Source: Octopus vulgaris
Lineage: Eukaryota
NCBI GenBank assembly: GCA_951406725.2
Contig: OX597826.1
Coordinates: 36,084,001 to 36,148,000 of the forward strand
Direction of reading: 5' to 3'
DNA length: 64,000 nt
In this document: positions 25,011-39,440 of the stretch, one piece after another
Numbering within the stretch: the first letter of the stretch is position 1
Layout of the letters: each line of letters starts with the position of its first letter
Translations under genes and position numbers: made by a program
The notes under the pieces: model-generated
Told to the model about the DNA's origin: nothing
The model's input: the letters and a program-made list of their open reading frames with translations, nothing else
The model's database searches: none

Positions 25011-27509
25011 CATGTACACACACACACACACACACACACTCATACACACCTACATAGTGCTACACATGTGTGGGTGTGTGGTGAGTATGTCGTATGTGTG
25101 TTCCTGTGAGTGTGTAAAGGTGTGTTTTGTGTTGCATATATATCTGTAAAAATGAAGTGCATTTTCAGGTACATTTCAAACAAAAATTTCGTCATTGGTT
25201 ATGTTAAAAATTTCTGCCATTGTAAAAACTCTTCCAGATTGCTACAGATAAGAATCGTATTAATTTATTGGAGATGTTGTACTGGATAAAGTTGGTAGAG
25301 ATGGAAAAAAAGTTGGTTGAAATTTTAAAAATGCATAATGTATTTGAATGTTGTATAAATTGTATATCCCAAACAGAAAAGAAGATGGTCTCTTGAAATG
25401 GAACAATACGATGCATTACATATATATAATTATATATATATATGATTATATTTATATATGAGTATATACGTATATATATATATTGGTATATATCTATGTA
25501 TATATATGTATGTATATATGTATATGTATTTGTATACATGTCTGTATATCTGTGTGTACATATGTGTATACCTGTAAATATGTATGTATTATATTTATCT
25601 GTCTGTCTGTCTGTCTCTCTCTGTGCACACACACACACACACACACATATATATGTATATGTGTGTGTGTGTTTATAAATATATATATATAGACATACTT
25701 ACACACATGCACACACACACACATATATAAGAATGTTGCACATATACACACAAACGCACACACCTATGTATATATATATAATTAAGATGTCTAAAGTTCA
25801 TTCTGTATTCCATGTCATCCTAAAAACAGGTTTTTGTCGATTTTTTTTTCCATTTTGATGTCACTGATTGACTTCCTTAATGGTTAAAAAAAATAAAACT
25901 TTTATCTTTTTTTTTTTTGCCCGCCATCTAATATTACCCCCATATAACTTCTGCTCAAGATTCTTCAGAATATTTGGAAAAAGAATATTTAAAAACATAG
26001 AAGGAAAATATATAAGAAAAAAATCCAAAATAAAATTATAAAAAAATGTGAAATTCTCTTTTCATGTGTCTTTTTTCTTCTTTTATATCATGTTCCTCTA
26101 TTAAAAGTGAATGTGTCATCATTTAACTAAAAAAAAAAGCATTAAATAAAATAAAATAAAAATTAAAATAACAGGTAAAAATTAAGTAAATATTACAGAG
26201 AAATACCTAATCAAATAAATCAATGAATTTATATAAAAATCTGTTCCTCATCAAAAGAATTTTCCTAATGGATTTTGTTGTTGATGTTGTCATCAGTGGT
26301 GTTACAGTTTTTGTAGTCAGTTCTTGTATTCAAGTCGTTCCAGTCGACATTGCTGTTGTTAGTTAAATTCAATAAAATCTATTTGACTTCAGCCTTAAAG
26401 GAGTGATGTGCTCTGGGTAAAGTAACTGTTGATTAGCCGTGTTGTAGTATTTTAGTCACTTTTAGTCATTTGTAGCTTTTTCTCTTCTTCTTCTTGAGAA
26501 ATTCAAAATGTTCAGAACACTGTTAATGAACAAGTAACAGAAAAATATTTTAAAATACAAAATAAAATCTAAATAAAAAAACAAACACCGTATCTTTAAT
26601 CTTGAAAAAACTCTTTTTAATGTTGCTTTTGATTTTACTAATATTACCTAAACTAGATTTGACCTTGGGAACATCTGGTAAACCATTAATTAAAGCTGGG
26701 GTGTGCAAGATGAATAAAATAATTGCACCTCTTCATGGTTTATAGCTGTTCTTGTTTTCTTAGAGAGGTTAACCAAACTTAGTTCATTCCTGTACTGAGT
26801 TTAGCATCTTTACTTAAATGTGGTTTTAACTGGTTGGCTAAAAGAAGACGCAGAAAGGTTAGCAGAAACGAGGTTGCCTTTCCCATTTTCTTTTACTTGT
26901 TTCAGTCATTAAACTGTGGCCATGCTGGAGCACTACTGTGTAGAATTTCAGTTGTACAAAACAATCCTGGTATTTATTTCCTTTTTCTTCTTCTGTAAAA
27001 AGCCTGGTATTTTATTCTATCAATTTTGTTTGTCAAACTGCTAAGTTACAGGAATGTTAACATACCAACACCAGTTATCAACTGGTGCTGGGGAATACAC
27101 ACTGACAAACACACACACACACATGCACACACACACACAAACACCTGAGAAAATGACAACAAATCCGGAGATATGATGATCTGTTGTACTTGAAAAGACG
27201 CATCAAGCTAAGCAAAATCACTGCCTTCCATGCATACAGGCTTGTCCTTTGAGGTGCCGGTGCCACTTAAAAAGCACACGTGCCAGTATTGTATTAATGT
27301 ACCCATATTGGTGCTATGTAAAAGCACCCATGAAAATGGCACATAAAAAGCACCCAACACACTCTGCAAAGTGGTTAGTATTAGCAAGAGTATCCAGCCA
27401 TAGAAACCATGCCACAACAGATGGCTGGAGTCTGGACAGCTCCTGTCAAACCGTCCAACCCATGCCAGCATGGACAGCAGACGTTAAACAATCATGATGA
27501 TGGTGATGT

Positions 27510-30369
27510 TAGGTCTCACTAAGGAAATGTCTAGAGACCGAGACCTATGGAAGTATGCTGTGCGTGAGAAGACCCGGCAAGACTAGTCAGGCCATAACCC
27601 GTGGCCCCTACCTGGGACGTAGTCAGTCCTCCTGTGCATACCTTCCTTCTTGTGACACTTATGAAGACCTGTTGAGGCAAGTGAAAATCAAATCAAATCA
27701 AAACAAATCAAAATAGATGAACATCAGTGGAATTGTATTCTTTGTGGTACCAGTGCCGGTGGCACACAAGAAAACCACCCAAACGTGGCTGTAGCCAGTA
27801 CCGCATCGACTGGCCTCCGTGCTGTGGGCACAACAAACACCATCCGATCGTGGCCGTTCGCCAGCCTCATCTGGCACCTGTGTCGGTGGCACATAAAGAC
27901 ACCATCCGAAGACCCGGCGACGTAGTCAGTCCACCTGTGCATACCTTCCCTCTTATGACACTTGTGAAGACCTGTTGAGGCAAGTGTGTGACACTTGTGA
28001 AGACCTGTTGAGGCAGAGGCAAGTGTGTGACACTTGTGGAGACCTGTTGAGGCAAGTGTGTGACCCTTGTGAAGACCTGTTGAGGCAAGTGAAAATCAAA
28101 AATCAAATCAAACCAAATCAAAATAGATGAACATCAATGGAATTTGTATCTTTGTGGTTCCAGTACCGGTGGCACACAAGAAAACCATCCGAACGTGGCC
28201 GTAGCCAGTACCGCATCGACTGGCCTCCGTGCTGTGGGCACAACAAACACCATCTGATCGTGGCCGTTCGCCAGCCTCATCTGGCACCTGTGTCGGTGGC
28301 ACATAAAAACACCATCCGAAGACCCGGCGACGTAGTCAGTCCACCTGTGCATACCTTCCCTCTTATGACACTTGTGAAGACCTGTTGAGGCAAGTGTGTG
28401 ACACTTGTGAAGACCTGTTGAGGCAGAGGCAAGTGTGTGACACTTTGTGAAGACCTGTTGAGGCAGAGGCAAGTGTGTGACACTTGTGGAGACGTGTTGA
28501 GGCAAGTGTGTGACACGTGTGACACTTGTGAAGACCTGTTGAGGCAAGTGAAAATCAAACCAAACTTGTGAAGACCTGTTGAGGCAAGTGAAAATCAAAC
28601 CAAATCAAAATAGATGAACATCAATGGAATTTGTATCTTTGTGGTTCCAGTACCGGTGGCACACAAGAAAACCATCCGATCGTGGCCGTTCGCCAACCTC
28701 ATCTGGCACCTGTGTCGGTGGCACATAAAAACACCATCCGAAGACCCGGCGACGTAGTCAGTCCACCTGTGCATACCTTCCTACTTATGACACTTGTGAA
28801 GACCTGTTGAGGCAAGTGAAAATCAAAATCAAAATCAAATCAAATCAAATCAAACCAAATCAAAATAGATGAACATCAATGGAATTTGTATCTTTGTGGT
28901 ACCAGTACCGGTGGCACACAAGAAAACCATCCGAACGTGGCCGTAGCCAGTACCGCATCGACTGGCCTCGGTGATGTGGGCACATAACAAACACCATCCG
29001 ATCGTGGCCGTCCGCCAGCCTCATCTGGCACCTGTGTCGGTGGCACATAAAAACACCAACCGAAGACCCGGCAAGACTAGTCAGGCCATAACCCATGGCC
29101 CCTACTTGGGACGTAGTCAGTCCACCTGTGCATACCTTCCTTCTTGTGACACTTGTGAAGACCTGTTGAGGCAAGTGAAAATCAAATCAAATCAAATCAA
29201 AATAGATGAACATCAATGGAATTTGTATCTTGTGGTACCAGTGCCGGTGGCACACAAGAAAACCATCCGAACGTGGCCGTAGCCAGTACCGCATCGACTG
29301 GCCTCCGTGCTGTGGGCACGCAACAAACACCATCCGATCGTGGCCGTTCGCCAGCCTCATCTGGCACCTGTGTCGGTGGCACATAAAAACACCATCCGAA
29401 GACCCGGCAAGACTAGTCAGGCCATAACCCGTGGCCCCTACCTGGGACGTAGTCAGTCCACCTGTGCATACCTTCCTTCTTGTGACACTTGTGAAGACCT
29501 GTTGAGGCAAGTGAAAATCAAATCAAATCAAATCAAAATAGATGAACATCAATGGAATTTGTATCTTGTGGTACCAGTGCCGGTGGCACACAAGAAAACC
29601 ATCCGAACGTGGCCGTAGCCAGTACCGCATCGACTGGCCTCCGTGCTGTGGGCACGCAACAAACACCATCCGATCGTGGCCGTTCGCCAGCCTCATCTGG
29701 CACCTGTGTCGGTGGCACATAAAAACACCATCCGAAGACCCGGCAAGACTAGTCAGGCCATAACCCGTGGCCCCTACCTGGGACGTAGTCAGTCCACCTG
29801 TGCATACCTTCCTTCTTGTGACACTTGTGAAGACCTGTTGAGGCAAGTGAAAATCAAATCAAATCAAATCAAAACAAATCAAAATAGATGAACATCAATG
29901 GAATTTGTATCTTTGTGGTACCAGTGCCGGTGGCACACAAGAAAATCATCCGAACGTGGCCGTAGCCAGTACCGCATAGACTGGCCTCCGTGCTTTGGGG
30001 ACGTAACAAACACCATCCGATCGTGGCCGTCCGCCAGCCTCATCTGGCACCTGTGTCGGTGGCACATAAAAACACCATCCGAGCGTGGCCGTCTGCCAGC
30101 CTCGTCTGGCACCTGTGTCGGTGGCACATAAAAACACCATCCGAGCGTGGCCGTTCGCCAGCCTCGTCTGGCACCTGTGTCGGTGGCACATAAAATCACC
30201 CACTACACTCTCGGAGTGGTTGGCGTTAGGAAGGGCATCCAGCTGTAGAAACACTGCCAGATCTGACTGGCCTGGTGCAGCCTTCGGGCTCCCCAGACCC
30301 CAGTTGAACCGTCCAACCCATGCTAGCATGGAAAACGGACGCTAAATGATGATGATGATGATGATGATG
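27510..30369 (+). repeat. Tandem array of seven RTE 3'-UTR units behind a short RTE ORF end, ending in (GAT)n
   Basis: GAAGACCCGGC unit starts at 27568, 27908, 28318, 28740, 29062, 29398, 29734; leading peptide LGLTKEMSRDRDLWKYAVREKTRQD* matches the RTE ORF end at 61380-61480. Confidence 0.92.
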
Positions 30370-31392
30370 TATATATATATATCACTTAGACATATAAATG
30401 AGTAAATATTCGAATGAATATTCATATGGATATTATAATTCATATGGATATCATATTATTATTATTATTAGCAGTAAATATATAAATAATAATAATAACA
30501 ATAAAACCATGCCAAATCAAACCATCCAACCCATGCCAGCATGCACAACGGATGTGAAATGATGATTATGATAATGAAGTTTAGTGGCTAGCTAGTAATA
30601 ATGCCATTATATGGCAAATCAATGAAATTTTATAATTAATAAATAATTATTATAGAGGGTACACTATGTACCAGCTTGCTAGAAATAAGAGTTAAAATAC
30701 TCACACAAGCTGCCAAAGTCACTGAAAATCATAAAAGACCAACAAAAATAGGGTTATCAAGGAGAGAAAATTTAACCTTTTAACTCATCTGAAAGCTGTA
30801 GGATTAGGTAATAAATATACCTGGATCATGATTTCCAATTCTCGATTACTCCTCAATTCTCTTCAGCAGGTCTTACTAAAAACCTAGTGCTAACGACAAA
30901 TTTTTGTCTACTAAATCTACTCAGAAGGCTTTGGTTGGCCCGAAGCTATTCTAGAAGACAACGCCACACAGTGGGACTGAACTCAGAAGCAAGTGGTTGG
31001 GAGGCAAACTTCTTGCAATACAAACATCAATCTGAGAGACAGTATCTTTGGAGAGAGATCTTCAGGTGTCTGTTTTGAGTTTTATTGGACCAAAGGTGGG
31101 AACTATGTCTCATATGATAAGGTCTTAATCACTGAAGTACACAACTAAAGAACACTCTGAGGCTCTTTGTGTGATGTTGTGTTTCGAAGGAGTACCAGTA
31201 ATTAATAGAGGGAAACTGTAAAAATGGAGGATATTAGTGGGGTTATGCCTCAGCAAAATACAATATAAATAATTCAAGCAATGAAGTAAAAAATTTTGTG
31301 TTCTGCGAAAGAAGAGAAACTTAATTTCTGGCTTAATGTCCCAGGTTTATACAGTGATTCATTATTCATTTTATCATAAAATAAAGATTTAT

Positions 31393-31760
31393 AGGTATGG
31401 GTGTGGCTGTGAGGTAAGAAGTTTGCTTCCCAACCCCATGGTTCTGGGTTCAGTCCCACTGTGCGGTATCTTGAGCAAGTGTCTTCTACTACAGCCTTGT
31501 GGGTGGATTTGGAAACAGAAACTGAAAGAAACCCATTAAATGTGTGCGTATGTGTGTGTGTCTTTCAGTTGGTATTTGTCCCCGCCACTGCTTTACAACT
31601 GGTGTCAGTGTGTTTACAGCCCCATAGTTTAGTGGTTCAGCAAAAGAGATTGATAAAATAAATACCAGACTTTAAAAGAAATAAGTGTTGGTGTTGATTC
31701 ATTCAATTAAAATCTCTTCCAGGGAGTGCCCCAGCATGGCCGCATTCTAATGACTGAAAT
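31393..31760 (+). mobile_element. SINE family B, near full length, diverged
   Basis: Head GTGGCTGTGAGGTAAG...GGTTCAGTCCC; tail GCCCCAGCATGGCCGCA...TGACTGAAA. Confidence 0.85.
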
Positions 31761-32194
31761 AATAACAGAAAAATTAATAACTAGTTAACCAACCAACAAT
31801 TAATAAAGAAGTGAAAGTAATCAGTGTGTGTTTATTATTGCTATAATGACCCTCCCAAGATACTGTTTCAGTTAGAAATGGTCTTTAATACGATCCCCTG
31901 CAGTTCTTGTGCATGTGTTGTTGTTGTTGTTGTCATTGTTTTTACTGTGCTGTTGTTTAGTCCTAGGCCAAAATTGGTTGAGTAGGTTTATTGTAAAAGA
32001 CACCATGTTACCAGAACTACATTCGCGCATGCGTATGCACACACATGTTGTTTGTGTTGTGCTTGTTTTGTGTGTGCTGGTTTCCAAGTGTATTGAATGG
32101 GACACATGCCTTTTTTTATGAAATTGCACTTTAATGTAACATTTCTTTTTTTTATAATAGCATTCATTTCCGTTGTAGTAAATATAAAAATCTG

Positions 32195-32303
32195 TCATCA
32201 CCATCATCTGCATCATGGTCGTCGTCATCATCATCATCATCATCATCTTCATCATCATCATCATTTATTAATAGCATTATAATCATTATTGCTATTATTG
32301 TTA

Positions 32304-32361
<58 letters not shown>

Positions 32362-32777
32362 CATCATTATTATTACTATTATTATTACTATTATTATTAT
32401 TTGTATCATTATTATTACTACTATTATTATTATTGTTATTCCATTATTATTATTATTATTTATTTACTTCTATCACTACCATTATTGTTATTGTTATTAT
32501 TGTTATCATTATTATTATCATTATTGTCACTGCTATCATAAATATATTACATTGTTACCACTTACTCCATTAAGACACTTTCAATATAAAACAAACACAA
32601 AAACTACTTATTTACCCCACTCCCACCCAGCACCACTAATCCCCCCACCTCATGTCCCCTCCCCCACCCCTGTTTCTCTGTCTCTTTGCCCATAAATCTG
32701 AAGTCTGATATCTAAGTGAGAAATGATAATAATTTAACAACTCTTTATTACAATTATTGCTTTCTAACTTATTATTG

Positions 32778-32847
<70 letters not shown>

Positions 32848-33339
32848 CATTGTTTTTGTTGTTGTTGGTGGTGTTATTATTATTGTTATTATTATCATTG
32901 TTATCATCATTATTATTATTAACTATGTTGTTGCTGCTGCTTTTGATATCATTTTCTTTCTTACCATTATCATCATCAACATTGCCACCACCACCACCTC
33001 CACCACCTCCACCACCACTACTACTACCTCCTCCACCATCACCACTATTGACATCATCATCATCATCATTGTCATCACTAGAACCACCACCACCACCATC
33101 ACCACTACCACCACCACTACCATCACCACTACCACCATCACCACTACTGCCATCGTCAACATCATCATCATCATCATCGTCATCACCAGCATCACCTCCA
33201 CTGCCACCACTCTCCATCATCATCATTACTATCATCATTATTATCATTTTTGCTATTATCATTGCTGTTGTTGTTGTTGCAATTATCATTATTATTATTA
33301 TTACTATTACTACTATTATTATTATTACTATTATTATTA

Positions 33340-33395
<56 letters not shown>

Positions 33396-33547
33396 ATTAT
33401 TACTATTATTACTATTGTTATTATTATTATTGTTGTTATTATTATTATTATTATTACTATTATTATTATTATTAATATTATTACTATTATTATTATTGTT
33501 ATTATTATTGTTATTATTATTATTGTTGTTATTATTATTATTATTAC

Positions 33548-33629
<82 letters not shown>

Positions 33630-33759
33630 ATTATTACTATTATTACTATTGTTATTATTATTATTGTTGTTATTATTATTATTATTATTACTATTATTAT
33701 TATTATTAATATTATTACTATTATTATTATTGTTATTATTATTGTTATTATCATTATTG

Positions 33760-33827
<68 letters not shown>

Positions 33828-33997
33828 GTTATTATTATTATTATTGTTGTTGTTGTTGTTGTTTGTTATTATTATTATTATTATTATTATTTTTATTACT
33901 ATTATTACTATTATTATTATTATTACTATTATTATTATTATTACTATTATTATTATCGTTATTATTATTATAATTATTATTATTACTATTATTATTA

Positions 33998-34046
<49 letters not shown>

Positions 34047-34066
34047 TATTATTGTTGTTATTATTA

Positions 34067-34142
<76 letters not shown>

Positions 34143-34170
34143 TGCTCTAACTGTTGTTATTGCTGTCATC
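32195..34170. repeat. Two-kb compound trinucleotide microsatellite field: (ATT)n, (CAT)n, (CCA)n, (GTT)n
   Basis: Direct reading; explains the 340-518 aa homopolymeric ORFs. Confidence 0.97.
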
Positions 34171-34730
34171 ATTATACCATTCCTCTTTACAGACGAAATC
34201 AATGTCGAGGTTTTTATATCAATAAAATGTATGTCATACAATTATTGGCCATTATTTCTTGTAATCTTATAAACAGACATTTTCGTTCTTTCAAAGCGCC
34301 ACCGTACACATAGGCACTTTCTCTCTCTTTATTTTAACACATATATGACTTGGTCTTTTTTTTTGTTTTGTGTATTTTTTTTGTTTTTGTTTTTGTTTTT
34401 GTTTACTTTCCATTCTTTCTTTTCAATTAGGTTTTTCCATCATCGTGACCTCAAAAACACCATAAAACAAACGAAATTACTAAATATTTATCTCTGCTTC
34501 ATTATTATGGTCACATGATTTATATTCCACTGCATATAAAAAGTCTACAAACAAAACAAGCGATACTTTGCGTTCAGCTGTTCTTCTTTTCCCTTTTCTT
34601 CTTCTCTTTGTTGTGATTAGATTATGAACGAGCAAAGTTAGTTGATAGACGAAACGATAATCCTTACATTTCGTTGTGGTGTTGTTACTTCTCAAAGCAT
34701 CCCGAGTTCAAATACCACCAGAGTTTGTAT

Positions 34731-35130
34731 ACTCTTTTACTCTTTTACTTGTTTCAGTCATTTGACTGTGGCCATGCTGGAGCACCGCCTTTAGTCGAGC
34801 AAATCGAACCCGGGACTTATTCTTTGTAAGCCCAGTACTTATTCTATCGGTCTGTTTTGCCGAACCGCTAAGTGACGGGGACGTAAACACACCAGCATCG
34901 GTTGTCAAGCAATGCTAGGGGGACAAAGACAGACACACAAACATATACACACACAGTTATATATATACGACAGGCTTCTTTCAGTTTCCGTCTACCAAAT
35001 CCACTCACAAGGCATTTGTCGGCCCGAGGCTATAGCAGAAGACACTTGCCCAAGATGCCATGCAGTGGGACTGAACCCGGAACCATGTGGTTGGTTGGCA
35101 AGCTACTTACCACACAGCCACTCCTGCGCC
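34731..35130 (-). mobile_element. Full-length young SINE, family B
   Basis: Minus-strand head GGCGCAGGAGTGGCTGTGTGGTAAG, B box GGTTCAGTCCC, CpGs retained, (GTAAAAGA)n tail. Confidence 0.92.
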
Positions 35131-35244
35131 TATATTTGTTTTTGTTTTTGTTTTATCTTTTATCTTTTGGTTTGTTTTAGTCATTGGACTGTTGCCATGC
35201 TGGGGCTCTGCCTTGAAGAGTTTAGTCAAAAAAATCACCCCATG

Positions 35245-35795
35245 TACTTTCACTGGTCAAAATGTATAGGAACTGTTACTATGGTAACAGAGTGAAGCCA
35301 TTTTGCACAAATTGACTTTGACCTCAGTCATGTTTGCACACTAAATTATGATGTTGTCATTCTCTCCCATTGCTTACAGCAATGATTGGAAGTAAAGTGT
35401 GTAGCATGTGGTCATCTCAAAAGTAGATCAGGTTTCAGCTGTGCATGACCACTGTGATTGTGCTGAGGAAATGGAAAGCTTTTTGGGAACGGTCATAACA
35501 GGTGATGAATGGTGTGTCTATGGCTATGACCCCAAAACTAAGGCTCAGTCATCACAGTTGAAGACGCCCAACAAGATCCCAACATGTCGAGGAAATCCCA
35601 GAGAAATCAACAAGGCAACTGCTTACAATCCCAAAACTGAAGTTCCAGGAATGCTTCCATCATTGGAAATGATGCCGGATAACGTGCATGGCTTCAGAAA
35701 GAGATTACTTCAAAGGAGATTAAATGCTGAATTAATATGTGATGTAGTTATGTTTCTATATCTCTACCTCGATACCTTTTATACAGATCTCCGTT
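35245..35795 (+). mobile_element. Internally deleted mariner
   Basis: FLGTVITGDEWCVYGYDPKTKAQSSQ joined directly to C-terminal IPK.KFQECFHHWK...DYFKGD; degraded TIRs. Confidence 0.8.
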
Positions 35796-35966
35796 TTTAA
35801 ACCTTATACTTATTCTGTTGGTCACATTTGTCAAACTACCTAGTTACATGGATGTAAACAAACTCACACCAGTTGTCAAACTGGTTGGTGGGGACAAGCA
35901 CAAAGACATGCAGACACACATACACACACATATACATACACAGACAAATATATATATTTACATACA

Positions 35967-36198
35967 AGGCGGCGAGCTGGCAGAAACGTTAGCACGCCGG
36001 GCGAAATGCTTAGTGGTATTGTGTCTGTCGTTGCGTTCTGAGTTCAAATTCCACCGAGGTCAACTTTGCCATTCATCCTTTCGGGGTCGATAAATTAAGT
36101 ACCAGTTACGCACTGGGGGTCGATGTAATCGACTTAATCCGTTTGTCTGTCCTTGTTTGTCCCCTCTATGTTTAGCCCCTTGTGGGCAATAAAGAAAC
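35967..36198 (+). mobile_element. Full-length SINE family A nested in the TA linker of a family B SINE (~35800-36380, minus strand)
   Basis: 19-bp TSD ATATATATATTTACATACA (35948-35966 and 36199-36217); A/B boxes; AATAAAGAAA tail. Confidence 0.92.
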
Positions 36199-38350
36199 AT
36201 ATATATATTTACATACATGATAGGTTTCCACACAGTTTCCATCAACCAAGTTCCCTTTCAAAGCATAGGCTGACCCAAGACTATGGCCGAAGACATTTGC
36301 CCAAGGTTCCCCATGGTGGGACTGAACCCAAAACCATACAATTAGAAAGTGAGCTTCTTTACTACACAGCCCTGCCTGCACTTGCCAAACATCCATTATT
36401 TTATTTATTTGCTTTTTATTTATAGAATCTGCAATAACAAAAGCGCAACAAATGCATGTTGTTTCTACCTGTTGATTTGAAGGACAAAGATCGTCCTACC
36501 TGCATTTCCCAAGATTTCAGTCAACTAACTTTACAGGATTTATTAATCTTGATCCTGATCTTTATTTCTTAAGAATTTAAATAAATCCATATCTGCTAAG
36601 GCCTCCATTTATCATGGTAGAACACATGTCAACAACAGCAGTCTTTGGCATGTGTTAGCAACAGCAGTCTTTGGCATGTGTCAGCAATGGCAGAATCCTC
36701 TCCAAGAGGTAATCCTTGGCATGGTTTGCACACACTGCAAGTCTTTCTTCTTCCTGCCACTAATGTTAGCCAAGTATGATACAGATGTGAACCATTGTTG
36801 TTGGTACCGATGGTCTCAGAATATCAAGTCCTGCAGCAGAAGCCATAAGAAATTTTGTCCAATTCTCCAGTACTCCTCTGAACCACCATGCTGAATTAAT
36901 TCATTTGTTTATTAACGCTGGAAGGATTAAAAGACAAAGATGACTTTGATGAGATTTGAACTCAGAACAAAAAAATCCACAGTTGATACTACAAAATATC
37001 ATATCTGATGCTCTAAGATCCAACAAATTCATTGCCTTACCTTTTTCTATCAAAAAAGATGTTATATTTCTCTGAATGTATAGTTATTTAACTGTCTGTG
37101 ATCAGCAATAGCTATCAGTATGTAATTAACGATATTGACTTCGTCAAAGCCAGTCAGTGTATGCAGGCAACGAAATATTCACAGGATTGCCAGACGCATT
37201 GGTAAAGTTTGTCATGTAATTCGGTGAGAAACAAGAATATACAATTAGGTCAAAGGTTTTGTTACTAGTGAACCTAATACCATTTTAGTATGGTTTCTAG
37301 CAAGCTTGGTATATGGTTGTATAGTGTCTAGGAATATAATAGGATAACTAAAGTTGAAATCACGACAAGAATTTTAAATGTTTAGAAAAAAATCTGAATT
37401 ACGTTTACTAACGCAGATTGAATTAAAGAGTATCTGGAAAGCTTTACAAAATAGTCTGACAGCTCCAAAACAATTTGATTTGTTATGGTTGTATTTTGGC
37501 AATCTGATGGAAACAAGGAATTGCTTGAAAATACGATTTGTCCATTTCTTGAAAATGGCAAAATATAAAATAATGATTACTCGGATAAAGGCAATCTTAG
37601 AAATTTAAGTTGGTGGGTACAAAGAGCATTAATTAACTGGACAGCAAGAATCAAAGACCAAAATTACTTTTGTGGAATTTAAACACAGAATAGAAAAAAA
37701 TTTAAACAAATATCTCAAAGTATTTCATTTGTTATTGTTTCCTACTGAAATTTAAAAAAATATAAAAATAAAATCATGAGAAAAATAAACTTTCTGTTTT
37801 TTTTTCTTTGTCTTTTTCCATATTCTGATGAGGGTTTGAAAGGTGGGTAAATTTTGGAATCTTCCAATCACCTGAAAACAATGTCATTTACCATTTTACC
37901 TATTTAGTCACTCTCTCACTCTCTTTCACATTCCTTGTTATTCAAAGTGAGCCAAAATTCTGATTGCAATCTGTAAGCGGCATAATCTGCTGTTGCACCA
38001 ACTGCAATTTTATACTTCATGACTTTTGGCTTGCCCTGTATAAATGCAAATAGATTGGGTCTCTTTGCTAAAATTTCTTCGACCAATTATGGCAATAACA
38101 AAGCAAGGTCTATCGTAATGTACCCAAAGGTACTTCAGTTGGATTCTTAGTTTTGGTTTTATGCTATCATGGGAAAGTAATGACAGTCTGTCTGTTTGCT
38201 TGTTATGCAAGAACCAGCAGATGATGGAAGTTATGTAACATGAAAGGAACAAAGAATTCTATGCATAAAATTTGAACAAACTATTCAGGAATCCTAATCA
38301 TCATCATCATCATCGTCGTCGTCGTCATTGTCATCATCATCACTGTTTAT

Positions 38351-38570
38351 CCCTTTAGCATTCAGATTACTTTATCAAACGTAATGCTTATCTATTCGCA
38401 TTGTTTTGAATTAATCATGCATTATCTCATAGCTTCATGATTTCGATGATATGATTGCTTATTTTCAGAATGAGATTGTAGGACAGGTGAGGGAGGCTGG
38501 TTTTGACTAATTTGAATATAATGCAAGTGGAATGTCTGGGCCCGATGTAGCTGCTTTAAATGCTAAAGGT
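38351..38570. mobile_element. 220-bp piggyBac-like MITE
   Basis: TIR CCCTTTAGCATT / AATGCTAAAGGT, flanks TTAT / TTAA. Confidence 0.7.
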
Positions 38571-39348
38571 TTAATGGTTGTCCTTTATATTGGCACAGGT
38601 GGTTTGACAAGTGCTATTGAACATGAAAACTGAAACAAGTTCCAATGCCTGCTTTGGCATTGTTCCTATAGCTCAATGGCCTTCCTTACAGCAGCCACAA
38701 ATTTACTAGAAACACACAAATGCAGTCTCTACCCATCATCAAATAAATCTCATTTCATGATATTTCTTTGTTTTCAATTTGTATCTTTGCTCTTCTCTTA
38801 GTTTTAACAATTTTTGTAGTTCAGTATTCCACCATCAGTTAGGTCTTTGGCTGCTTAGGTCTTCAAATCCTTAAAATATACTGGGGGTCTTGAGTAAAAT
38901 ATTATAAGCTTCAAATCCTTTATATTATAATTAATTCTATTAATTCATGACCAAAATGAAATATTATGAATGATCATCATCATCATCATCATCCAGTGTT
39001 TTAAATCCAGGTTTTTTTCCCGTTAACAGGGGTGGCCCGATCTACCTCAAATCCATAGCAACCACCCTCACACCATCTCACCATCTTGCCTGGTTTTGGG
39101 TGTCCTCCTTTTTCAAACTAACCTTCCCAATCTCCTCCTTCACCTTTTCCTCAGTCTACCTCACTTTCGTGCTCTATTTAACTTAAATGCAATCACCCTC
39201 CTCAGAACATACTCTTCATTCATCCTCACTCCATTCGCCCTTGCCAACCATTCCACCCATTTCTCCAACCCCAGCATTCCCATCAAATCACTACTAAGAT
39301 ATTGAGTTCTTTTTTCTCAAAAGCCAATGCTAAATTGATATATATATA

Positions 39349-39399
<51 letters not shown>

Positions 39400-39440
39400 A
39401 TGTACATGTATGTGTGTATGTATGGATACATATGTATATA

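Noticed and set aside
27950-28600. ~30-bp repeats as a CRISPR-like array
   Set aside because: Repeats abut with no unique spacers, there are no cas genes, and they are expansions within an RTE UTR.
29340-29370. Hammerhead-like CAGAUGAG...CGAAC on the minus strand of each array unit (retrozyme hypothesis)
   Set aside because: Core deviates at two positions and no convincing stems I-III form.
32636-34313. Longest ORFs (340-518 aa) as protein-coding genes
   Set aside because: Homopolymeric translations of trinucleotide microsatellites, open on both strands; the same applies to all YI/CV/HT-rich ORFs from dinucleotide repeats.
34731-36198. SINE heads as tRNA genes
   Set aside because: A/B boxes only, no cloverleaf; they continue into SINE bodies with tails and TSDs.
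37825-37845. CTGATGAGGGTTTGAAA as a hammerhead core
   Set aside because: No pairing for stem I or stem III in any topology; likely chance.
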